From Ginkgo biloba (lineage: Eukaryota > Plantae > Ginkgophyta), in contig JANKJI020000004.1 in NCBI GenBank assembly GCA_024626585.2, forward strand, positions 69,963,004-69,982,521: a stretch of DNA of 19,518 nucleotides. Direction: 5' to 3'. The number at the start of each line of letters is the position of its first letter. The stretch's first letter is position 1. Positions 11,501-19,518 of the stretch are shown here, in pieces. The notes beneath the pieces were generated by a model. The model had not been told where the DNA came from, made no database searches, and was given only the letters and a program-made list of their open reading frames with translations. Both the position numbers and the translations under genes were made by a program.

Positions 11501-12308
11501 TGTGTGTTTGTTTGTTTGTTTGTTTTCTGATTCAATGCAAAATCTAATAATTTGCTAAAATTTGTATAAATGATAAGGANNNNNNNNNNNNNNNNNNNNN
11601 NNNNNNNNNNNNNNNNNNNNNNNNNNNNNNNNNNNNNNNNNNNNNNNNNNNNNNNNNNNNNNNNNNNNNNNNNNNNNNNNACTATACAATTAGTCATTTC
11701 TTAAAATTTCCCCTGCCGAAAACTCTAAATTACATGGTAAGCTTTTATACATAGTAATTTTCTACAGGAGCAGTTACAGAAGTGAAAAAAGGTAATCAAT
11801 CCCTGTGTTTTTGCATTATAAGTGATTTCAAGCATTGGCAATAAGCTTCCCATTGTTCTGAATGCTGATAAGGTTTCCTTTCAAATTGGAGCAGTTGGGA
11901 GCAATTGTGAAGAAAAAGAGGCTTATGCAAACATACCATTATTCCATAAGCGATTCCTCTGACTACAGTGCAGGCAATGGCTAAGGCAGCTAATTCGAAC
12001 TTGCCCAGATGGCCTGCCATCAACTCCGAAATAACTGTAAACAGATACTGAATGACAGTTGCACCTATGGTGGGCGCTGCAAGCTTGCATTGGGCTTTGA
12101 TCTCAGACCAAATTGTCTTGCCCAATCCTTTGCGTCTTTGGCTTCTGTCATATGTAGAAATCAAACTGTTGAGCTCCACATACTCATGAATTCGTGGTGT
12201 GTTATTGGAAGAAGTTTGGCCATTTACAGGGGATAATGACGATGATGATGAGGGCAGCAGAAGGGAACGGCGCTGTTCATCCACCAACATTTGAAACTTC
12301 CTTACCAT
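5469..12308 (-). CDS. DTX: MATE efflux family transporter (protein DETOXIFICATION, TT12/DTX-like), 8 exons, ~521 aa; join(complement 12308..11937, 8759..8215, 8076..7990, 7706..~7650, 6412..6163, 6026..5908, 5768..5682, 5528..5469)
   Basis: Manual splicing gives MATE motifs in order: AGHLGKFELAA, LGMGSALETLGGQAFGA, MLGIYMQRS, SWTGFS, IRVSNELGAG, LNGIQAVLSG, VAYVN, GIWSGM, TNWNEQ. All visible introns are GT..AG with compatible phases; the intron-4 donor is hidden in Ns. The symbol is family-level only and orthology is not established. Confidence 0.95.
5595..5614. repeat. (AT)10 microsatellite in MATE intron 7
   Basis: Direct reading. Confidence 0.95.
5682..5768 (-). CDS. DTX: MATE exon 7 (87 nt)
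   Basis: Acceptor ttgtcacag|GGC; GIWSGMIAGTSLQCLILLYGAWNTNWNEQ; donor CAG|GTCCAT. Confidence 0.92.
5908..6026 (-). CDS. DTX: MATE exon 6 (119 nt)
   Basis: Acceptor tttgagcag|GT; (G)AATGCGLQYYVAYVNMLSCYIVGLPLGILICFKFNMGIT; donor ACA|GTAAGT. Confidence 0.93.
6163..6412 (-). CDS. DTX: MATE exon 5 (contains 13-N gap at 6332-6344)
   Basis: Acceptor tttggcag|C; IRVSNELGAGNAEAACSSVFVA[gap]ATSSVISILFAIALLVSKNILGYLFTNSSSVAERVSELVPFLTASILLNGIQAVLS; donor G|GTAAGC. Confidence 0.93.
7007..7020. repeat. (AC)7 microsatellite in intron 4
   Basis: Direct reading. Confidence 0.9.
7337..7350. repeat. (TG)7 microsatellite in intron 4
   Basis: Direct reading. Confidence 0.9.
7650..7706 (-). CDS. DTX: MATE exon 4 (~57 nt; last 4 nt and donor hidden in N gap)
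   Basis: Acceptor aattgcag|C; (S)INVILLEIMIPFGLNVA visible down to 7654. The end at 7650 is inferred from the usual 57-nt length and the phase of exon 5. Confidence 0.85.
7990..8076 (-). CDS. DTX: MATE exon 3 (87 nt)
   Basis: Acceptor gaattag|C; (F)LQIWYYQILVFVAGTLKDPEVEIDALSI; donor AG|GTAATT; typical 87-nt length. Confidence 0.92.
8215..8759 (-). CDS. DTX: MATE exon 2 (545 nt)
   Basis: Acceptor ttttcatgcag|CTAGGAATG; LGMGSALETLGGQAFGA...FLRLSVFSAIMV; donor TT|GTAAGT, phase 2. Confidence 0.95.
9891..10770 (+). mobile_element. Ty3/gypsy LTR-retrotransposon gag-pol remnant (zinc knuckle, partial protease, RT N-terminus) in MATE intron 1, antisense to the gene
   Basis: Decayed CCHC knuckle CEHYHKSSQTKDHCWKLH; protease C-half PCPLDWL*KDSKLQVT...FINEMECDVVPLNMCKV...LYLWNHDAIF; RT lead-in LLKKYDVVFLEPKGLPPRRAIKHDIYLFLDSPLPNLGLYR. 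Multiple stops and at least one frameshift. Confidence 0.88.
11096..11144. repeat. Short tandem duplication (~25-bp unit)
   Basis: gacatacaatctatgaaataaa (11096-11117), ctc, gacatacaatctatatgaaataaa (11121-11144). Confidence 0.85.
11505..11525. repeat. (TGTT)n tetranucleotide repeat in intron 1
   Basis: tgtttgtttgtttgtttgttt. Confidence 0.85.
11937..12308 (-). CDS. DTX: MATE exon 1 (N-terminal tail, TM1-TM2)
   Basis: MVRKFQMLVDEQRRSLLLP...IWSEIKAQCKLAAPTI...MAGHLGKFELAALAIA...AYGIM, ending at donor ATG|GTATGT (GT at 11936-11935), phase 0. The start could instead be the ATG at 12290. Confidence 0.9.
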
Positions 12309-15300
12309 TGTTGATCAATTCACTTGTTGGCNNNNNNNNNNNNNNNNNNNNNNNNNNNNNNNNNNNNNNNNNNNNNNNNNNNNNNNNNNNNNNNNNNNNN
12401 NNNNNNNNNNNNNNNNNNNNNNNNNNNNNNNNNNNNNNNNNNNNNNNNNNNNNNNNNNNNNNNNNNNNNNNNNNNNNNNNNNNNNNNNNNNNNNNNNNNN
12501 NNNNNNNNNNNNNNNNNNNNNNNNNNNNNNNNNNNNNNNNNNNNNNNNNNNNNNNNNNNNNNNNNNNNNNNNNNNNNNNNNNNNNNNNNNNNNNNNNNNN
12601 NNNNNNNNNNNNNNNNNNNNNNNNNNNNNNNNNNNNNNNNNNNNNNNNNNNNNNNNNNNNNNNNNNNNNNNNNNNNNNNNNNNNNNNNNNNNNNNNNNNN
12701 NTGTGCCAACATATGTATTTGCAATTGTTTTGTTGCATACATAATTGTTTAGTTGTTGGGTTTTCTATTTGCAGTTTTGTTTCATGTGCATACTTGCTAA
12801 GTGTGGCCAATTCATATATTAGGCACTTGGGATAAGGAGCAAACTATCTAAATTGCAATCGGGTTATCATTGTGTGTTGGAGCCCACCATTTTTGGGGCA
12901 TACAAATTTTTAGATGTTACAATTCCATCACTGAGATGGCAACAAAATGACACTTCAAACACCCCAAACTTCTATCCCAAAACTTGTCGCATCCCACTCC
13001 CAGGGCTTATTAACACACCCACATTTGTTTCACATATTGACGTTTGTTTCCAGTATTATTTAACCCTCAAAAAATTATAATTCCAAAAATATTTAACACT
13101 AAGTCATTGATAACTTCGAACGAAGGAGGGAGAAAACCCCTCCAAATGGAATAGACTACTCCTCCATGGATGGATATGCGGGAACACGATTTTAAAATGT
13201 AAAAACCCCTTTGTGGATATAAAATTTTAAACGTAACTTAAATATTTAGGGGAAAAATAGAATGACCACCCATCCTAGAGTGAACGCACAACCCCATGTA
13301 CATACAAATGTGCATTTGCCACTTTTAAAGAATGAAAAGGGGCCTCCCATGATGATTAAAAATATTATTAACACCAAAGTGGTATGTTTTATCTCTCGGG
13401 GGTGGTTTGATGTATCTTCACATGACCAAAGCGAAGGGAAAAAGGGACAAATGAATAGTTAAAGTGACATTAGAAAAAGTGTTAGGCATTTAAAAATTTT
13501 TGTGTTTTGGTGTCCTAAGTCAAGCTTTCTTTGTGGTGTAGGATTGCATAGGCTATGACATCACTAGGGAGGTCATGTGGCACCACCAAGATATGATGAC
13601 CAATGGGAAGGAGAGAAATGTCCTAGAAAGGGGTCGTGGAGATCACAAATCCATAACTAGGGGAAGAGAGGGACTCAAAGGCCTAGGGAAAGCCTAGGAG
13701 TGATTACACCATAAGAACATGGCTACAGGTATGAAATGTAAGTTGTAGGAAACCCATGGATGCTAGAAAAATATGTAGGGGTAAATAGGAGAGCCATAGA
13801 GTGAAGAAAGTTATTGGGGATGTAGAGAAACAATGGGAGGAGGGAAAACTCCTAGGCTACAAAAAAAAATCCAAAACCATACATAAATGACAAAAACTAT
13901 CGGGTCACTCTTTTAAAAACTAATTTACACTAGGGTTGAATATTTCATGTGTACAACAGAATAAAAATGCAATGAAAATTATGAATATACATGAATGCTA
14001 CATAATAACATGTATGAAACCATCAACAGATATATTATATTAATAGAAAAATCATGTATACACTAGAGTTCTAAGTACAAATGGCCCAAATGGATTTTAA
14101 TGAACTAAACAACTATGTTACTTGGAAAATACAATAGAAGAGGTTGCACATATTGAAAAACCAACTAGGAATGAGATAAAACTCTTCCTTCTCCTTCAAG
14201 AATTCTACTAAAACTACTTCAATGGGGTTGCTCCTTCAATTGCATGCAAAAACTAAATCCCAAGCCTGCTAGAAGTCCACTAGTTCTTTAATATTCTTCT
14301 CTCCTCTTACTCAAAAAAAAAAAAAATGCAAGATTTCCTCCTCCTTGCATCTTCTCTCTCTCTAAAAAATATGCTTCTCTTCACAAAAACTCTCATCATC
14401 TTAAAATTAGAATATACATGATGTGGAAAAAAAATGGAAATGCATTCTCAAAGATAAGCCTCCATCATCAACCAACGACCTCCCTTAAAATAAGATCTCC
14501 CATAAATTCAATGGGAGAGTTGACAAGAAGGACGTAAGGCCCTCAAGGGTGGCCATCTACAAAATAAAAATAATAATTCACTTATAATTTTTTTAATAAA
14601 AACAAAGGAGCCTCCACACTTGAGCCAAACTAAAATATTATTTTTATTCATAAAAGGTGGCTCCCAATAATAATAAATGAGCCCAACCTTTTCCAAACAT
14701 AACTACTAACCTAAAAAAAAAGGAAAGCGGGGATAGCCCATTACACAAGATAAATAACAAGACATGAAATGCCCCCAAGTGTACGTCCCAATCAACAATG
14801 CAGTGGTAAGACTTCCACATCAATGGCCACTCGAATATCAACAAGCACATGTGGGGTTAAACCCATAACATATGGTGACCAAGCTAGGATCATACGTCCT
14901 TGGAGAAGAACCTAGGACCATGGCCAAAAGGAACAACAACCTAAAATAGCTATAGCAATTTTCACATCAAAACTGAGTGAGTGAAAAATGGGGGTGAAAA
15001 GAAAAGTTCACTCTCTAGGGAAAAAGAAAGGAGATACGAGTGAAAAAGTAAGGAGGCCTCTGACTAGGGGATAAAAAATAAAATGGGAAATAGGAAGCAT
15101 TAGAGGATGAAGACCCATGCAAAATAAATAACAATTGATACATCACCATCACTATAGGGACTATTCCATCCTCCCATGCATTGTGGAATGATGACATNNN
15201 NNNNNNNNNNNNNNNNNNNNNNNNNNNNNNNNNNNNNNNNNNNNNNNNNNNNNNNNNNNNNNNNNNNNNNNNNNNNNNNNNNNNNNNNNNNNNNNNNAAT

Positions 15301-15789
15301 TAGTTAGGACAAACATTAAATAGATAAAGAAAGAATTGGGTTGAAGATAGATAATGGTCAACAAAACTATTGACTTAATTATTATAGAATAAATGTGAAT
15401 ATGGAGATGACAAATTCATAGCATATGAAATTTAGAATTATTAGATGGATTGTTCGAAAAAATATGGATTTTAGTGATAAAAATAAGTCAAATTCATATA
15501 CAAAAGTTATAAATGNNNNNNNNNNNNNNNNNNNNNNNNNNGTATATACAACAAACTTGTTCAACTCGGAAGATGAAATACTACACGCATATATGCTATA
15601 TGGTTTTTATGTGGCCTAATGTCTTTAGATTCACATCAACATGGCAATTTACATTTATTATGTTTAATAAAACTAAGGATCAACATGTAAGGTCACAGAT
15701 GGATCCTAAGGTCATAAACAAATCCTTTTATGTGTGTGTATGTGTGTACTAGTCCTTTGCCCATGGCAAATAATTGCCACGAATATAAG

Positions 15790-16460
15790 TTTGCTCTATC
15801 TTTTATTTTTTTTTATTTGCATTTTTGTCTTATGTTCTTATTTTATTTCTATTTTCCATTCCCGTTCCATTTTCATCTTTCATTATATGCTTTTGTTTTT
15901 GGCCCGTTTTCATTTTTTGTTCTCGTTTCATTTCTATTTTTTGTTCCTATCCCATTTCTATNNNNNNNNNNNNNNNNNNNNNNNNNNNNNNTCTATTCAA
16001 TCAGTGGTTTAATTTTCATCTTCTTCTCTCATCCTATTTCTAGTTTTTATTCATGTCCCATTTCTATCTTTTGTTTCATTCAATCAATCATTCTGTTATC
16101 ATCTTAAGTTTCTGTCTTATTTTTATTTTTGTCTGATTTTTTTCTTCCATTCCATTTTTCCGTTCTCATTCTCATCTTCCATTTTCATTCTATTGCATTC
16201 TTCAATTCCCAATTTGTTATGTTCTTTTGTTCCATTCCCGTTTCATTTTATTCTTCCATTCTATTCAATCGATCTTACATTATCATTATTGTTTTGTTCT
16301 TCTGTTCCCATTTTGTTTGGTNNNNNNNNNNNNNNNNNNNNNNNNNNNNNNNNNNNNNNNNNNNNNNNNNNNNNNNNNNNNNNNNNNNNNNNNNNNNNNN
16401 NNNNNNNNNNNNNNNNNNNNNTTTAATTATGTATGTGTGTACATTTTTTTTTTTTTTTTC
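15790..16460. repeat. Pyrimidine-rich low-complexity region with degenerate repeated motifs
   Basis: Strong T/C bias on the + strand; recurring ccattcccgtt(t/c)catttt, tttctatttttt and (c)tattcaatc motifs. Confidence 0.7.
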
Positions 16461-16489
16461 CACCTTCAAAAAATAAAAAAATAATATCT

Positions 16490-16840
16490 ATTACACCTAT
16501 GCAAATCTGTAGTTATAAATAAGGCTCTTATTTCACAATGGGATTTCACTTGTCCCATCAATTTGATCTACGAAAACTCTCTTTCCCATTCAACCTTAGA
16601 CTCTTCAATTGTCCAATATTTCAGCCCTCTAATGGCTTAAATTACTTGTTGTACCTACAACAAAATCACCTCCGAGAATCTCACAATGTTAGTTGTTTAA
16701 ATAAAAAATAAATAAACTTGAAGCACATGCACAAATTCGATATAAAAGCATGAAACCATGCCTCAAATAAGACATATTACCTTCCTTATGAGATAGCCTA
16801 TTCAAGGGATATCATCTTTACTCAATTTTCTTTTATAGCA
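16490..16840 (-). pseudogene. Unidentified degenerate two-exon coding fragment with a 126-bp intron (16655-16780)
   Basis: Donor AAG|GTAATA at 16780, branch point CTAAC at 16692-16688, acceptor ttttgttgtag|G at 16655. The spliced frame reads CYKRKLSKDDIP*IGYLIRK|VQQVI*AIRGLKYWTIEESKVEWEREFS*IKLMGQVKSHCEIRALFITTDLHR. Confidence 0.45.
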
Positions 16841-17169
16841 TATTCATACTTTAAAAAAAATCTTGAAATCAATTTGATTTGATGTTCCATTTTAATTCAT
16901 TTTTTATCCAATTTATCAATTTTCACTATCATTTTTTATCATGAGCCTATTTTCACACATTGAAATATATCAAATATTTCACCCATTTTCTGTCCCATCT
17001 TGGTCACAAAAAATTAAATTCTTTGCCTTTCATTAATCCCTTTTTTACTTTGACCCTTGGTCACATCAAATGTTCCATATGTATTTCAAATTACTATTAA
17101 ATCTAGTCAAATTCAATTCAAAACTTTAAAAAAAATAATCTTAAAATTATAACTTGCGTTACTATGTGT

Positions 17170-19310
17170 GGTTCAGTGAACTAAGACTTTATTATTTGGC
17201 TCTTTGCAAACCTTCACCTTTGGCTTCACATCCTTATGGACCACTCTCTACTCTCATTCTTGTTTTAGATACAATAAACATATAGCCATAACCTTTGTAT
17301 GAGCCTAACATCTCCTATTTCCTATATTTGACTCCATGGAATTTACTTCTCCTTTCATTCACTTTGATCTTCTACTTAGACTTTGTTATTTAAGATTCAT
17401 AATCCATGGCATGGGAAATTATCTTTGCTTATAATTTATAATCTGCTAAAACTATTGAGATGGATAAATTATCAATTCCATTTGTAAATTTCACTATGCT
17501 TTTCTCCACTTTACANNNNNNNNNNNNNNNNNNNNNNNNNNNNNNNNNNNNNNNTTTACTAAATTATTCCTACTTCACCAATTATATCATGAGAGAATTA
17601 TTTATATTTATACTTTTCACTCTAAAAATAATTATCCACTTCTTGTGGGAAAATTATCTCTCACTTTACTGGCGCCTTTTTGCACTTCTCCAATGTCTTT
17701 GTTGAACCAAAATATTCTAAAAATCTTCTTCTAAATGAGCCAAGGTAATATGAAAAACACTCCNNNNNNNNNNNNNNNNNNNNNNNNNNNNNNNNNNNNN
17801 NNNNNNNNNNNNNNNNNNNNNNNNNNNNNNNNNNNNNNNNNNNNNNNNNNNNNNNNNNNNNNNTGTTTTCTTTATTCCCATATCTAAGAGCCCATGGAAA
17901 GTTTCTTCTTACTAGGTTTTTTCCTTCCATCATTTATTTCTAGACTTTAGATCTTATGGGGATTAGCTCAATGTCCATAGCTAGCTACTCTTGAGAGCAC
18001 CCCCCTCCATATTTGCCCAAAATAACTTATTTCCACAAAGATAGTCTTCCATAAATTAGTTTCCAAAATATATTTTTACCCATTCCTATGTTGGCCAGTC
18101 AAAGATTCTTTTTTTTAGAGGAGTGCATGCCCGATCCCACTTAACTGAGAAAAAAAAATTCTAGTTTGTTTACTTCCTTCCCATATAAATTTTCTTATGA
18201 TTTTATCCAATTCATCTAAGAACTTATTTAGAGCTACTAGGATTGAATCTTGATAAATAAATAAGGAGGATAAAATAGACTTTATTAATATGGTTTTTTC
18301 CTACAAGTTTAGCCATCTTGAAGCCTAATTCTATATTATTTTCATGGATTTTTCTAAAATTATAGTCTAATTTTTTAATTTTAGGTCTATCAATCAAAGG
18401 GAATCCTAGATAAATAGTATCATCTTTTAGATCTCCTTTGAGGAACCCTAGAATTGTAGTTATCTATTTATTGATAGTATTACNNNNNNNNNNNTTTTAT
18501 TATGTTGCTATTGATTCCTTCTCCTATATCCACTAGATAAGTTTCCAAAGGAATTTTAAAAGTATTTACCTCTAGAATTGAAGCTAGTCTAATAAGAAGA
18601 GAGTCATCCACAAATTGAGAGTGTGTGCAATCTTTGGAGGAAGGTGTGAATCTCAAACTTGAGATTTCTCATTTTTCCTTGTATCTCAATATTAACCTTT
18701 CTAAAATTTATTTTAAAATGATAAAAAAAAATGGGAAAAGAGTGAATCCTTTCCTCAATCCCCTTATGCCTTTAAATAAACCATTCATCCTACCATTTAT
18801 GAGATGGAAAATTCAAGGAGATGAGATACAAGCTTTCACCCACTCAATCCAATCTTCTATAAAATTGAATTTCCTAAGTACTTTGAGGAGGAAATTATGA
18901 TATTTATAGTCAAAGGATTGATCCATATCAATGTTACTTAGGACTACCATTTTCTTTATCATTTTGTCTATGTGAATCAAATCCTAAGCTATTATCATAG
19001 AATCTGTGATGTGCCAATCCATGATAAAGGATCCTTTCTCCTAAAAATTGAGGGAGGGTAAAAGTTTATTTAACCTAATTATTATGATCTTTATCATTAT
19101 TTTGTAAGAAGTATTACATAGGGATATATTCCAATACCTATTAAAGGATGATGCACCTTTCTCTTTTAAGATCAAAGGCAAGAAGGTGTAATTCATGGTG
19201 CCTCCTACCTTCTTTCTAGTCTTCATTTCTTCCAAAGCATTAAGAAAATCTTCTTTAATGAAGTACCACGTAGTTGTGAATAAATTTATATGGAATCCTA
19301 TTGATGTCTC
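17170..19310 (-). mobile_element. Degenerate LINE (L1-like) ORF2: reverse transcriptase through zf-RVT-like region
   Basis: Minus-strand motifs in canonical order: GFHINLFTTTWYFIK; NYTFLPLILKEKGASSFNRYWNISLCNTSYKIMIKII; HNFLLKVLRKFNF..WIEWVKACISS; GLRKGFTLFPFFF (LRQGxPLSP); HSQFVDDSLL (catalytic F/YADD, ~18614-18603); KPKVKV..NNKVL at ~17230-17185. Many stops and frameshifts. The element may continue to the window edge. Confidence 0.9.
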
Positions 19311-19518
19311 AAAATGTCCCTAGGCAAATAATAATCTAACTCCAACCCAAAATAGTGATATTTTGGCTATAATGTACAAATATGCTTTACAGTGAGTGTG
19401 GTTATCCCTTATTAAAGAAAAATCAAAAGAAACTAAACTAAGACATATTGTATTTACACTAGGTATTTAGAAGAAATTTTTAGAATTTCTTCCATTTTTT
19501 GCTTGACTATGGAAAAGG

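Noticed and set aside
11796-11936. C-terminal 46 aa of the 170-aa ORF
   Set aside because: Read-through into intron 1 past the GTATGT donor; MATE similarity continues in exon 2.
12194-12835. Several 140-213 aa ORFs
   Set aside because: Artefacts spanning the 12332-12701 N gap.
15730-16484. Overlapping Phe-rich hydrophobic ORFs resembling membrane proteins
   Set aside because: Open in several frames because T/C-rich low-complexity DNA lacks stop codons.
18625-18900. 91-aa plus-strand ORF
   Set aside because: Antisense to the LINE reverse transcriptase remnant.

Overview
AT-rich land-plant nuclear DNA from a gapped draft assembly with many N runs. The heavily decayed retroelements suggest a gymnosperm-type large genome, which is an inference. 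The only intact gene is an 8-exon MATE/DETOXIFICATION (DTX) efflux transporter on the minus strand, 12308..5469, about 521 aa. Its exon lengths (372/545/87/57/239/119/87/60) fit the typical plant MATE pattern, taking the visible 250-nt exon 5 as 239 nt because of an internal N gap. Around it are dead transposons: a LINE ORF2 3' end at the window start, a possible LTR piece, an internally deleted Ty3/gypsy gag-pol remnant in intron 1, and a degenerate LINE reverse transcriptase at the window end. There is also an unidentified intron-containing pseudogene fragment and several simple repeats. I found no prokaryote-style novel system and no CRISPR array or RNA genes. The most interesting signal is inside the MATE: the conserved proton-coupling TM7 glutamate is Gln, TM10 has Asn, and many other motif residues have changed while the reading frame and splice sites remain intact.
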